DNA from: Dehalococcoidia bacterium
GTDB taxonomy: Bacteria > Chloroflexota > Dehalococcoidia > Lucifugimonadales > QGNO01
Length of the DNA stretch: 64,000 nt
Direction: 5' to 3'
Assembly: GCA_965261445.1 (NCBI GenBank)
Contig: CBDHCW010000025.1
Location: forward strand, 13,870-77,869
The stretch's first letter is position 1, and the number at the start of each line of letters is the position of its first letter. The translations under genes and the position numbers were made by a program. This document shows positions 9,677 through 19,545 of this stretch, piece after piece. The notes beneath the pieces were generated by a model that saw only the letters and a program-made list of their open reading frames with translations, ran no database searches and was not told the DNA's origin.

Positions 9677-10777
9677 ATGAAAGCTTTAGTTGTGGGCGGC
9701 ACGGGCCCCACCGGGCCATTGATCGTTCAGGGGCTTCTGGATCGCGGCTATGAGGTCACCGTGTATCATCGTGGCTTCCATGAGCCTGACGACCTTCCCC
9801 AAGTCCATAGCCACGTGCATGGTGACCCCTTCACCAAAGAGAGCTTTGAAAGAGACGTAGAAGGCCAGGCCTGGGACATAGTCGTATCGATGTATGGTCG
9901 CCTTCGCCACATCGCCGACGTGGTTGCCGGCCGTACTCGCAAACTGGTTGGCGCAGGCGGGCCCAGCTTCATCCGCCCCGAGCATTTGACCTTCCCCCAA
10001 GGGTTAGAGATGCCCCTTCCCGAGGAGTTCCCCACCTATACGGAGCGCGACCTCAACCCGTACGGTTTCGCCATTGCACACACCGAGCGGCAGGTAATGG
10101 AGCACCACCGCAACGGCGATTTTGCCGCCGTTATGTTCCGCTATACCTCGGTGTACGGGCCAAGGGCCCCCCGACAGTGGATGTGGTCAATTGTCAAGCG
10201 CGTACTGGACGGGCGCAAGCGTATCATAATCCCCGGCGATGGAAGCCAGCTCCGCCTCACCTGCTATGCCGAGAACGCCGCCCACATGGTTCTCCTTGGC
10301 TGCGACAAATCGGAAGGCGACGGTCATATCTTCAACTCCGTCGACGAAGTGGGATACACCGTCAGTGACACGGTCCGCATCGTTGCTGAGGCGCTTGATC
10401 ATGAGTTCGAAATGATAGAGATAAGCCATCCCATGGCCTACGATCTGGCCGGCGGCTATTCTACGCGGCGTACCGGTCAGCTCAACGTCTACAGCATGAA
10501 GAAGCTGCTGGGCTACAGGGACGTTGTCCCGCCGGATGAAGGTATGCGGCGTTCGGCCAGGTGGATGGTGGACAACTGGTCCAGCCTTGACCATGAACAG
10601 ATGCAGGTCCTCATGGCGGATCCCCTTGCCTACGATATAGAGGACCAACTGATTGCCTCCGCCAAGGAGTGGGCGGGGAGTGTGGAGAGTTCCATTCCCC
10701 AGCCGGAGATTCCTCAACTGGACTCATCGCGTGACTGGCGCGGCGCTTTCAGGCCGCAGCAACCGGGGTCTTCCTGA
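9677..10777 (+). CDS. NAD-dependent epimerase/dehydratase family protein
   Basis: MKALVVGGTGPTGP Rossmann start, preceded by a GAAGGAGG RBS. The longer track ORF from 9494 reads through REP-like repeats and I judge it spurious. Confidence 0.75.
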   Translation: MKALVVGGTGPTGPLIVQGLLDRGYEVTVYHRGFHEPDDLPQVHSHVHGDPFTKESFERDVEGQAWDIVVSMYGRLRHIADVVAGRTRKLVGAGGPSFIRPEHLTFPQGLEMPLPEEFPTYTERDLNPYGFAIAHTERQVMEHHRNGDFAAVMFRYTSVYGPRAPRQWMWSIVKRVLDGRKRIIIPGDGSQLRLTCYAENAAHMVLLGCDKSEGDGHIFNSVDEVGYTVSDTVRIVAEALDHEFEMIEISHPMAYDLAGGYSTRRTGQLNVYSMKKLLGYRDVVPPDEGMRRSARWMVDNWSSLDHEQMQVLMADPLAYDIEDQLIASAKEWAGSVESSIPQPEIPQLDSSRDWRGAFRPQQPGSS

Positions 10778-11201
10778 GCGGGTCACCCCCCGTCGGATTG
10801 CTTCGCTGAGTTTATCCTGAGCCTAGCCGAAGGAATGAAATGAGGGGACACACTAGGGCAACCACGAGGGTTGCCCTGGCACCTGTTCCCGGCCCATTGT
10901 CTTGGGCGCCCACAGGGTATCCCCCGCGATACTGCTTGGCACTACGTCATCCCTCTGGGAATCAGGCCATTTTCGACTTGTGCTATGAGGCCCGACCTCT
11001 CCAGTCCAAGTATCTTTGCACTTCGGCCTCGGCAGTCTTTAGCGGGGCGGACGCTCTCCTGCCTGCTGAACGCTTCTGGCTTTTCTTCCGGGCCTTGTTC
11101 TTCTTCTTACTCACCGCTCAACCTCTTGAGAGGAAATCATAGCATGGGCTTCCGCGTCTGTTCAATGAATTCCCGTAGTGTGGAGCTAGGGGTACACCCG
11201 C

Positions 11202-11230
11202 TTGACTTCACGCAGGCGCTAGCCGATACT
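11202..11230 (+). promoter_or_regulatory. Candidate sigma70-type promoter upstream of bioY
   Basis: TTGACT (11202-11207), a 17-nt spacer, then GATACT (11225-11230). Confidence 0.3.
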
Positions 11231-11258
11231 CTTGCCTTGTTACCGCTGAAATATACCT

Positions 11259-11945
11259 TTGGGGAGGCACGGTCATATGCAGGCAAGCGCACCCGTCTAC
11301 GGCGCTCTCGGCACTCTGCGTCGAGTCGACAAATCCCTCTTCGACATGCTCTTTCCCACCGCTCACACGGGGCATCGAGTTCTTGCGTCGGTATTGCTCA
11401 TCGCCCTGATGTTCGTTTGCGCCAAGGCCAGGTTCTACCTTCCTGAGAATCCGACGCCTATAACCCTGCAGACCTTCGGCGTGCTTCTCACCGGCGGGGT
11501 CATGGGCTGGAGGTGGGGAGCTGGGGCCGTGCTTGGCTATATCGGGCTGGGCGCATTGGGCCTTCCCATGTTCGCCAGCTCCGACCCGTGGGCGTTCCGT
11601 ACTCCCGTTGATGCTTGGAACGCTTCCATAGCAGGCGTCACCGGCGGATACATCATCGGTTTCGTAGTGGCCGCGGCGGTGACGGGATATCTCAGCCAGA
11701 TAGGATTTACCCATTCCGGCTCCCTGTGGCCCGTTGCCCTCGGCGGACTGGCCCTGTACATTCCCGCGCTGGTGTGGCTCTCCGTCATGGACTTCGGATG
11801 GCCGGCGGAAGGCAAGCTGTTCGTCGACGGGATGTACATCTACATGCCCGGCGACATCGTCAAGATGCTCGGAGCTTCACTCATCGTTACCGGGCTATGG
11901 AATCACGGAGAGCGCCTGAAAGGGCTCTTTAGGAAAAAGCCGTAG
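11259..11945 (+). CDS. bioY: Biotin transporter BioY
   Basis: PITLQTFGVLLTGGVMGWRWGA and the downstream TM pattern are typical of the BioY S-component. The true start may be one of the internal Met codons. Confidence 0.8.
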   Translation: MGRHGHMQASAPVYGALGTLRRVDKSLFDMLFPTAHTGHRVLASVLLIALMFVCAKARFYLPENPTPITLQTFGVLLTGGVMGWRWGAGAVLGYIGLGALGLPMFASSDPWAFRTPVDAWNASIAGVTGGYIIGFVVAAAVTGYLSQIGFTHSGSLWPVALGGLALYIPALVWLSVMDFGWPAEGKLFVDGMYIYMPGDIVKMLGASLIVTGLWNHGERLKGLFRKKP

Positions 11946-11971
11946 CGGCCACCAGTGAGGGCGGCGTAGGC

Positions 11972-12679
11972 TTACAGCCGTTCCTTCTTCATGTAGAGGC
12001 GGCACACCAAATCTGGCGAGATTCGGAACTTGGTGCCATGATCACGTAGTCCTGGACTACCGGGCTTCTGCTCGCGACAATCGAAGTCAATGACAATTGA
12101 CCCGCGTAACACCTCTGCAATGAAGTCAACGAGGTTAAATACCTCGAAGGCGTCAGCTCTGCGGAAGCGCACGGACTGGCCATTCTTCTCGCCCTGTACC
12201 GCCAAGAGCCTGCGAAGCTTGGCCCCGGCTGCGGCCATTATCTCTTCATGCGACCAGTAGGGGATCGGACCATTGCCCTTCAATGGTCGAACTACGATTT
12301 GCCCGCCGCTATCGTCCACCCTGAAACGGTCGGACCTCCCCTTTATGGTATGCCGGAAGCTCAGTCGCCCCTCTTTGTCCTTCCATCCGTATCTCCGCAC
12401 CATGTAGCGCATTATGGCTTCTGGACCATCTGCTTCCTTGTGGAAAAGGGTGATTAAGCTAGTCTTAGCGGTATACCATTTGAGTTCCCATCCTACAGCG
12501 TCGGGAATGTCCAATGCCCCAGCAGTCAGTCCCAACAAGTCCTCAAGGAATCGCCCAGGCCCGCCCGTGCCACCATAGTGCGAGTCTTGTGGTAAATCAT
12601 ACCAGCCGTGGTCTATGATTGTCCTGACGCGAGCGAATAGTTCGGATCGGGTTCTTGGTGGTTTGTCAGGAAAGGTCAC
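11972..12679 (-). CDS. MvaI/BcnI-family type II restriction endonuclease
   Basis: The 235-aa ORF aligns by eye with my recollection of BcnI. Matching segments are G..GRFLEDLLG, DAVGWELK (D...E.K), LITLFHK, RDHGTKFRI and a C-terminal LYMKKERL. Its GTG start overlaps the methyltransferase stop (GTGA). Confidence 0.8.
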   Translation of the reverse strand: MTFPDKPPRTRSELFARVRTIIDHGWYDLPQDSHYGGTGGPGRFLEDLLGLTAGALDIPDAVGWELKWYTAKTSLITLFHKEADGPEAIMRYMVRRYGWKDKEGRLSFRHTIKGRSDRFRVDDSGGQIVVRPLKGNGPIPYWSHEEIMAAAGAKLRRLLAVQGEKNGQSVRFRRADAFEVFNLVDFIAEVLRGSIVIDFDCREQKPGSPGLRDHGTKFRISPDLVCRLYMKKERL

Positions 12680-13101
12680 TTGATTAGCTGCTTTGCAGTG
12701 AGGACGCGTTCTCTAGCAACTTTGCAGTATTCTTCGGATATGTCTATGCCTATCCAGTCACGCCTAGCCGATTCGGCAGCTATTGCCGTTGACCCGCTTC
12801 CCATAAATGGGTCTAGTACGATTTGGGCATGGGTAGCTTCGATGCATCTTTGTGCCAACTCTACAGGGAAAGGTGCTGGGTGAGGATTGTGGGCTTCCTG
12901 TGGGATACTCCATACATCTCCTTGTGCATTTGCCTTGGGAGCCAGCCGGAATCCAGGATTGGCTATCAGATAGATGACCTCGTAGGTTGGCAGAAAGTAG
13001 CCGGGGTTGAAGTTGATGCCGCCCCGGCGGTGCCAGATGATGATCTGCCGGAGTGGGAACCCTTCAAGAATATCATTCCTGTCTTGCAACAGGCCTCCCT
13101 G
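12676..13101 (-). pseudogene. DNA methyltransferase, C-terminal fragment (AdoMet-binding motif I), separated from its 5' part by an IS
   Basis: DPFMGSGSTAIAA motif. The reading frame continues exactly from the N-terminal fragment once the IS and one CTG copy are removed. Confidence 0.85.
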
Positions 13102-13118
13102 TCAGGTGGACCCCATCA

Positions 13119-14054
13119 TCAGGACAGCGGTGAGGCTAAAATAAGAGAGTCTACCGCTGGGGTGTCTCGTAAACCTTCATCCGATGGTAAGGCTTGTGGA
13201 TGTTCCAGTAAACACCTTTGTGGGCTCACTGCTTGGAACACCTGACCCGGTGACCGATAGCCCAGGGCTTGATGGGGCCGCTCTTGGTTGTAGAAGGCCA
13301 GATAAGCCCCAATCCCCTTTCTGGCCTCAGTCCCATTTTGGTATGCCTTCAGGTACACCTCCTCGTACTTGATGCTGCGCCACAGCCGTTCCACGAAGAC
13401 GTTGTCCATGCACCGGCCCCTGCCGTCCATGCTCACTTGAACGCCTTGCGCCAGCAGCATGCTGGTGAAGGCCTCGCTGGTGAACTGGCTGCCCTGGTCG
13501 GTGTTGAAGATCTGTGGCCGACCCTTGCTCAAGGCCTCTTCCAGAGCCGCAACACAGAAGTCTACCTCCAGGGTGTTGGACAGCCGCCAGGCCAGCACGT
13601 AGCGGCTGTGCCAGTCCATGATGGCCACCAAGTAGAGGAAACCCCGAGCCATGGGTATGTAGGTGATGTCGGTGGCCCACACCTGGTTGACCCGGTTGAT
13701 CTCCAGCCCCCTGAGCAAGTACGGATAGACCTTATGCCCTGGGTTTGGCTTGCTGGTGTTGGGACGCCGGTAGATGGCCTCCAGGCCTATCAGCTGCATC
13801 AGCCGGCGGACCCGCTTGCGGTTGACCTGGTGTCCGTGATTTCTGAGCCAGGCAGTCATCCTTCTGGATCCGTAGAAAGGTGTCTTCAGGTACTGTTGGT
13901 CTATGAGGGCCATCAACTCCAAGTCCTCGGCGCCGGCCTCGGTTGGCAGGTAGTACAACGAGGAGCGGCTGATACCCAGCAAGGCGCACTGGCGCACCAG
14001 AGACAGCTTCGGTTCTTCTCGGTCAATCATGGCCCGGCGTTGGGACCGGCTCAC
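13119..14054 (-). CDS. IS3-family transposase OrfB (DDE integrase core)
   Basis: WATDITYI...[10 protein letters not shown]...[16 protein letters not shown] pattern. It lies in the -1 frame relative to orfA. Confidence 0.9.
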   Translation of the reverse strand: MSRSQRRAMIDREEPKLSLVRQCALLGISRSSLYYLPTEAGAEDLELMALIDQQYLKTPFYGSRRMTAWLRNHGHQVNRKRVRRLMQLIGLEAIYRRPNTSKPNPGHKVYPYLLRGLEINRVNQVWATDITYIPMARGFLYLVAIMDWHSRYVLAWRLSNTLEVDFCVAALEEALSKGRPQIFNTDQGSQFTSEAFTSMLLAQGVQVSMDGRGRCMDNVFVERLWRSIKYEEVYLKAYQNGTEARKGIGAYLAFYNQERPHQALGYRSPGQVFQAVSPQRCLLEHPQALPSDEGLRDTPAVDSLILASPLS

Positions 14055-14335
14055 AACCCGAAGCTCCGTGACAAAAAATCCCGTTCCACCTTGAGCTGCC
14101 CAATCTGTTGGTAGAGCTGGGCAGTGAGGACCTCTTGGTCCTTCTCCTGGCGTCCAGCACCATTTTCAAAGAGGTGCGGCGCCCCCTGAATCAAGGCCTT
14201 CTTCCAGGCATGGATCTGGCTCGGGTGGACTTCAAACCGGCTGGCCAGCTCTGCAATGGTGTGCTCCCCCTGGAGCGCGGCCAAAGCCACTTTGGCCTTG
14301 AAGACTGGGCTGTGCTTCTTACGTGTTTGCTTCAT
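14051..14335 (-). CDS. IS3-family transposase OrfA (HTH)
   Basis: 94 aa, [39 protein letters not shown]. Ends in a leucine-zipper-like segment. Confidence 0.9.
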   Translation of the reverse strand: MKQTRKKHSPVFKAKVALAALQGEHTIAELASRFEVHPSQIHAWKKALIQGAPHLFENGAGRQEKDQEVLTAQLYQQIGQLKVERDFLSRSFGL

Positions 14336-14414
14336 GTCCTGCTCCTTGTTTCCGTCCTATTTTAGGAGCGGGACTCTCTCTTAGCCACCTGTCCGAATTT
14401 TGGGGTCCACCTCA

Positions 14415-14759
14415 CTGGATGCGCCATTTGTGGTTATAGAAGATAGCCCCATCCTGCCGAAGCACCCGCATCATGGACTTTAGGCATCTTCGCTGCCACG
14501 CAACATATTCCTCATGGGGCATAGCGTCGTCATGGTCGGTATATCCTTCTAGCAGGGCGGCTTGAGGCCATTTGCCTCCGCTTCCGTTCTTTAAGCCGTT
14601 GCCGGTGCTGTTCTTGATGTTGTAAGGGGGGCTGGTAACTATCAGGTCTATGGAGCCAACCGGCATCTTGTCCATTAGCTCCACACAATCGCCCATGTGA
14701 ACCTTGCCAAGCCAAGCTTCCATCATGTGTCTTGGCGTTCGAGTTGCTGATTCAGCCAT
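14415..14759 (-). pseudogene. DNA methyltransferase, N-terminal fragment (catalytic SPPY motif IV)
   Basis: DLIVTSPPYN motif. The ORF runs into the IS end and is stopped by the terminal TGA of the IS. The likely start is the ATG at 14759. Confidence 0.85.
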
Positions 14760-15044
14760 CAGGTCGTTAAAGTTCACCCGATAAGTTCCTCGTAGGGCAA
14801 ACGAAGACCGCAAGATACACCTAGAAGGGAGTTTATCCTCATTTCTCCGTATGCTTGCCCAAGATCCCCGCTAGCCCAAGGTCGGCCAAGTAGCGGTGAA
14901 ATCTCCCTGCAGGAGCCACGCCATGTCCGTAGAGTCATCTTAGCATCGCAGAAGGTCACGATACAAGATTCCTATGTCGGGAAGTTCCAAGTTGTTCGTA
15001 GAGGCTGACTAAGTTGGTCCATCATGAGGAATTATTTCTGACGC

Positions 15045-16250
15045 CTATATAACGCTAATCAACTGACCCCCTAGGGCGGCGAGTACCACCACCAGCCACG
15101 GCGGGAACTTCCAGAAGGCAAGCAGCGCGAATGCGGCCAGACCCAGTGCAAAGTCGGAGGGTCCAAGGATAGCGCTCGTCCACACCGGATCGTACAGCGC
15201 AGCCAGCAGTAGGCCCACCACGGCGGCGTTGATGCCCATCAGCCCCCGACGGAAATTAGCCATGCTCCGTAGCCTGTCCCAGAAGGGCAAGACCGCCGTG
15301 ACCAGAAAGAACGATGGTAGGAAGATGGCGGCCAGGGTGAAGATGCCCCCCATCCAGCGGGCAGGCGTATCCTCTATGACCGCTCCCAGGTAGGCGGCAA
15401 AGGTGAACAGAGGCCCCGGTACCGCCTGCGCTGCGCCGTATCCGGCAATGAATGCGTCGTTGCTGACCCAGCCCGGAGGCACTACCTCTGCCTGGAGCAG
15501 CGGCAGGACCACGTGCCCCCCGCCGAACACCAGCGACCCGGCGCGGAAGAAGCTGTCGAAAATCTCCAGAGCCTCATACGATACCACCTGTCGAAGCAGG
15601 GGAAGGCCGATCAGCAAACCGGCGAAAACCGCCAGCGAGGCGATGGCCACGCCGCGGCCAACGGGAGGCCTGCTTACCGTCGCCGTCTCGGACTGTTCGC
15701 CGCGGAGAAACAGCCATCCCAGTATCCCGCCTGCCGCGATAACCGCCACCTGGAGCAAGGCGTTGGGTGCAGCCAGTATAGCTATGGCTGCCAGAACGGC
15801 CAGGGTGACGCGCGGCCTGTCCGGGCAGAGGTTTCTCGCCATTCCCCAAACCGCCAGGGCAACCACCGCAACCGCCACAACCTTCAGGCCGTGCAGCCAG
15901 CCCGCATCGGCTATGTCGAACGAGGTGACCCCGTAGGCAAATAGGATGAGCGCAGCGGCAGAGGGCAGTGTAAAGCCAAGCCAGGCAACGAAACCGCCCA
16001 GCAGCCCGGCTCGTGTCATCCCCACAGCGATGCCCACTTGGCTGCTTGCGGGACCCGGCAGGAACTGGCAGAGGGCGACTATATCGGCGAAGGCGCGCTC
16101 GTCCAGCCACTTCCGGCGCTGCACGTACTCTTCACGGAAGTAACCTAGGTGGGCCACAGGCCCTCCGAACGAGGTCAGCCCCAGCCGCGTCGTTACGAAG
16201 AGCACTTCCCACGTGCGCGGGAGCCAGCCTTTTGGCGTGTCAGTCGTCAT
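15045..16250 (-). CDS. chrA: Chromate transporter ChrA
   Basis: FGGPVAHLGYFREE...LCQFLPGPASSQ in the first half, and an internally duplicated CHR domain (GGGHVVLPLL) in the second half. Confidence 0.85.
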   Translation of the reverse strand: MTTDTPKGWLPRTWEVLFVTTRLGLTSFGGPVAHLGYFREEYVQRRKWLDERAFADIVALCQFLPGPASSQVGIAVGMTRAGLLGGFVAWLGFTLPSAAALILFAYGVTSFDIADAGWLHGLKVVAVAVVALAVWGMARNLCPDRPRVTLAVLAAIAILAAPNALLQVAVIAAGGILGWLFLRGEQSETATVSRPPVGRGVAIASLAVFAGLLIGLPLLRQVVSYEALEIFDSFFRAGSLVFGGGHVVLPLLQAEVVPPGWVSNDAFIAGYGAAQAVPGPLFTFAAYLGAVIEDTPARWMGGIFTLAAIFLPSFFLVTAVLPFWDRLRSMANFRRGLMGINAAVVGLLLAALYDPVWTSAILGPSDFALGLAAFALLAFWKFPPWLVVVLAALGGQLISVI

Positions 16251-16816
16251 AGCTGCTCACCACGTTCTTTGGATTGACGCCACTCCTCAGCAAGCAACCC
16301 GAACGCGCCTATATCGACGTAGTGACCCCACTTGACGTAGTGCTGCCGCAATGTGCCTTCGTACTTCATGCCACACTTCTCCAGCACTCGTTCTGAGGCT
16401 CGGTTGTGCTTCATGTATTGAGCAAATACCTTGTTCAGATTCAGGTGAGCAAAACAGAACTCGATAATACTTTCAGTAGCCTCTGTGGCGTAACCACGGT
16501 TCCAGTGTTCCTCGCCTATCCAGTACCCCAGTTCACCGCGCTTATGCTCCGGATGTAGCGTCACGGAGATTGCCCCACACAGAACATTGCCTTCTTTAAC
16601 CACTATGGCGTAATGCACGGCTTTTTGGCTGTCAAAATCACTCGAATGGCTGCTGATCCAATCCTCCGCCATCCCATCTTCGTAAGGATGTGGTATCAAA
16701 CGTGTGGTTCTTGCAATCTCCACCGAGCTTGCCATCCGTTGAACTGCCGGCGCGTCTGCCAGGGTAAACGGTCGAAGGATCAGTCTCTCCGTCTCTATTT
16801 CAGGTTGAACAGGCAT
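16247..16816 (-). CDS. GNAT-family N-acetyltransferase (RimJ/RimL-like)
   Basis: TERLILRPFTLADA start, plus WIGEEHWNRGYATEA acetyl-CoA-binding region. It overlaps the chrA start by 4 nt. Confidence 0.8.
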   Translation of the reverse strand: MPVQPEIETERLILRPFTLADAPAVQRMASSVEIARTTRLIPHPYEDGMAEDWISSHSSDFDSQKAVHYAIVVKEGNVLCGAISVTLHPEHKRGELGYWIGEEHWNRGYATEATESIIEFCFAHLNLNKVFAQYMKHNRASERVLEKCGMKYEGTLRQHYVKWGHYVDIGAFGLLAEEWRQSKERGEQL

Positions 16817-17145
16817 TTGCTTCCTGGTATACGGCTTTCGGGTATCATAAAGGCTAACGGACGTGGATTACAGCTTTCGCGGGTATCCAGGGGGGCTCTG
16901 TTTCCGTTCACCCTGAGCACAGTCGAAGGGAGTGAGCGGAAACCCGACAGCGCCTTGCCCGCTCATAGCCTGCCCCGTCATCCTAAGCGTGGCGCCACCG
17001 TCTGACACCCCCTCCTTCTCACACCCCTCTGCAGACAGTACCCTATCCTCATGGACTTGCACAAAACCACTCAGCAGTACCTATAACGTCGGCGTGGAGC
17101 GCCCATGATAGAAACGTTGCGAAATCACGCCATCAACCGTCGAAT

Positions 17146-17228
17146 CTCGGATTTGTTTCCCATATTTCCCAAAAAGTGGTTCGTTTTTAGCTTTGAAATT
17201 GACATAACGTTGGAAACAATTCTCCTCC
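17146..17228 (+). repeat. ~83-nt dispersed intergenic module, copy 1 (second copy 50962..51046)
   Basis: About 90% identical to 50962..51046 by manual alignment. Contains TTGACA at 17199-17204. Lies 115 nt upstream of a + strand start codon. Confidence 0.7.
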
Positions 17229-17342
17229 TCACCCTTTCCATGACTCCATATTCGGTATCCCCGGTTGGCCTAGACACCGGCAACCGCTACGATGTAAAAC
17301 AAGGAACGGGATCATCTGTAGCCACCTTGAAAGGAGCACGAC

Positions 17343-18038
17343 ATGACTGAGCAGATCAGCCAAGCTCAACTGGACGCCCTCAAGAAGTACACCTCGCCTG
17401 AAATATCAGATACCATTCGGATGATGGGTATCCGTCCCGCTACGGAGGGCTACCTGGGCTACGACATCCGTTGCCTCTTCCCTGATCTGGGGCCCATGGT
17501 CGGCTTTGCGGTCACGGCTATTCTGGACAACCTCACCCCGGATCGGCCCGCGCGCCCTGACGTGCAGCGACGCTACCTTGAATCCATAGAGGCCTCGCCC
17601 AAACCCGCCGTGATCGTGATAAAGGCGGGAGGCCACAACAGAGTCCGCAGCCTTGTCTTTGGCGGCATCATGGCCAACACCGCCCGGTCTCTGGGCGCAA
17701 TCGGGCTCGTCACCGACGGCGGCGTCCGCGACCCGGATGACGTCTACGAGATTGGGTTTCACATGTTTGCGCCGGGTACGGTCTCCGCCCACGGCACCGG
17801 CGCATTCGTCAACATGGTGGATACCGGCAACCCCGTCACCATCAGCGATCAGCTCATCCGCCCCGGGGATCTGGTGTTCGCCGACAAAATAGGAGTTATA
17901 ATCATTCCGCACGAAGTGGTTGAGGATCTTCCATCCAAGGTGGAAGAGCTTCATCAGCGTGAGGCCGGCCAGATATCCTTCCTCCAGAGCGAAGAGTTTT
18001 CTCTGCCTGAGCTGCTGAAACGGTCCGGCCTGGATTGA
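17343..18038 (+). CDS. RraA-family protein (RNase E regulator / oxaloacetate-type aldolase family)
   Basis: GGIMANTARSLGAIGLVTDGGVRD motif. AAAGGAG RBS. Confidence 0.75.
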   Translation: MTEQISQAQLDALKKYTSPEISDTIRMMGIRPATEGYLGYDIRCLFPDLGPMVGFAVTAILDNLTPDRPARPDVQRRYLESIEASPKPAVIVIKAGGHNRVRSLVFGGIMANTARSLGAIGLVTDGGVRDPDDVYEIGFHMFAPGTVSAHGTGAFVNMVDTGNPVTISDQLIRPGDLVFADKIGVIIIPHEVVEDLPSKVEELHQREAGQISFLQSEEFSLPELLKRSGLD

Positions 18039-18186
18039 ACCCTATTGCCCGTCCACCCAGCTGCAACAATAATCTCCGGAAAATGCGGAGGTGATGAAGG
18101 CTGTTGGACCGTTTTCTTCTTGCCGTGGAGTATTGTGGACTGAGCCACTGGCGCTTTTGCGGCCGGACTAAGATATAATTCACCCG

Positions 18187-19533
18187 ATGCGGCACGGTCA
18201 CTCCAAAGTTCGCCCAGGGCCTTTTGAGCAGTTCTTGCGCCCGTTGCGGGATTTTATTCACGAACAGGCCTCCAGTGGTATTGTCCTGCTTGCTTCCGCT
18301 GTTGTTGCTCTGGTTTGGGCCAATTCCCCTTGGTCAGGGACCTATAACGACTTCTGGCACACTGAAATCTCTATTGAAATGGGCGCTTTTCATCTCTCTG
18401 ATGCCCTGGTGCACTGGATCAACGATGGTGTCATGGTGGTTTTCTTCTTTGTCGTTGGTCTGGAAATAAAGCGGGAATTGATAGTGGGTGAGTTGTCATC
18501 TTCCAGACAAGCTGCCTTGCCCATGATTGCCGCCGTCGGCGGCATGGCAGTCCCCGCGCTTATCTATACCGCCTTCAATTTCAACTCCGAAGGCTCGGTT
18601 GGTTGGGGCATACCCATGGCCACCGATATTGCATTTGCCCTCGGTATCCTTGCTCTACTTGGTTCTCGTGTTCCCCTCGCCCTCAAGTCATTCCTTGTTG
18701 CCGTCGCCATCGTTGATGACATTGGTGCGGTGCTTGTCATAGCCATCTTCTACACAGAAGAGATATCCATTGTTAGCTTACTCATTGGTCTCGGTATTTT
18801 CGGTTTGCTCTTTGTCTTCAATCGCGTGGGAATACGTAACCCATTGCCATATGTAATCGCAGGAGTCTTTCTCTGGCTTGCTTTCCTCCAGTCCGGCGTT
18901 CACGCTACCATCGCAGGGATCCTTCTTGCTGCCACTATCCCGGCGCGCTCGCGCATAAATGTTGACGAATTTCTTGGAACTGGCCGTGTAATCCTGGCTG
19001 AATACGAAGAAGCAGGCGATTTAGGTGGCGCCGTGCCTGTCCGACAAGCGCGGCAGGTGGCTCTGCAGCAGATGGAAAGGACTATCGCCCACGTTTGGAT
19101 GCCCTTGTATCGGTTGGAGCATACACTCCATCCCTGGATAGCCTTCGGGATTGTGCCCCTCTTCGCCTTGTCAAACGCCGGCGTTACCCTTGGCGCTGAC
19201 TTTACCTCTCACCTCTTCGATCCCATAAGCCTGGGGATCATCGTCGGTCTCGTCATAGGTAAACAGGTGGGTATCACCTTCGCTGCCTGGCTGGCCGTTA
19301 GATTTGATTGGGGCGCCCTCCCTGCCGGTGTCACCTGGCCCCAGATCTATGCCGTAGGCTGGCTGGCGGGTATAGGCTTCACCATGTCCCTCTTCATATC
19401 CACACTGGCATTCGGCGGTAGCGACCTGGTCAGTACCTCTAAGATAGGCATACTCATTGCATCCATCATCTCAGGCTTGGTGGGATACATTCTGGTCCGC
19501 ACGTTTACCTCAGCGCCACGGTGGAAGGTGTAG
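18187..19533 (+). CDS. nhaA: Na+/H+ antiporter NhaA
   Basis: ALVWANSPW, WINDGVMVVFFFVVGLEIKRE and the paired-Asp region VAIVDDIGAV. Confidence 0.9.
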   Translation: MRHGHSKVRPGPFEQFLRPLRDFIHEQASSGIVLLASAVVALVWANSPWSGTYNDFWHTEISIEMGAFHLSDALVHWINDGVMVVFFFVVGLEIKRELIVGELSSSRQAALPMIAAVGGMAVPALIYTAFNFNSEGSVGWGIPMATDIAFALGILALLGSRVPLALKSFLVAVAIVDDIGAVLVIAIFYTEEISIVSLLIGLGIFGLLFVFNRVGIRNPLPYVIAGVFLWLAFLQSGVHATIAGILLAATIPARSRINVDEFLGTGRVILAEYEEAGDLGGAVPVRQARQVALQQMERTIAHVWMPLYRLEHTLHPWIAFGIVPLFALSNAGVTLGADFTSHLFDPISLGIIVGLVIGKQVGITFAAWLAVRFDWGALPAGVTWPQIYAVGWLAGIGFTMSLFISTLAFGGSDLVSTSKIGILIASIISGLVGYILVRTFTSAPRWKV

Positions 19534-19545
19534 GGAGATTAGGAC

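Larger units (their letters stand above)
13102..14414 (-). mobile_element. IS3-family insertion sequence, copy 1 (1313 bp)
   Basis: Terminal inverted repeats TGAGGTGGACCCCAAAATTCGGACAGGTGG and TCAGGTGGACCCCATCATCAGGACAGCGG. A 3-bp CTG direct repeat flanks it at 13099-13101 and 14415-17. It has the orfA/orfB arrangement. Confidence 0.9.

Noticed and set aside
10840-11446. ORFs 10840..11142 and 10871..11446 in the epimerase-bioY gap.
   Set aside because: They are built from REP-like palindromic units and the bioY leader. Their composition is low-complexity and no family signal is present.
13269-14114. 281-aa ORFs antisense to IS3 orfB (13269..14114 and 25506..26351), together with other long internal or antisense ORFs. 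Examples are 35642..36790, 29171..30076, 29385..30386, 8470..9234, 7169..7930 and 60736..61470.
   Set aside because: They lie entirely inside, and opposite to, ORFs with clear family signatures. Their translations are low-complexity and rich in Arg, Pro and Gly. This is the usual shadow-ORF effect in GC-rich DNA.
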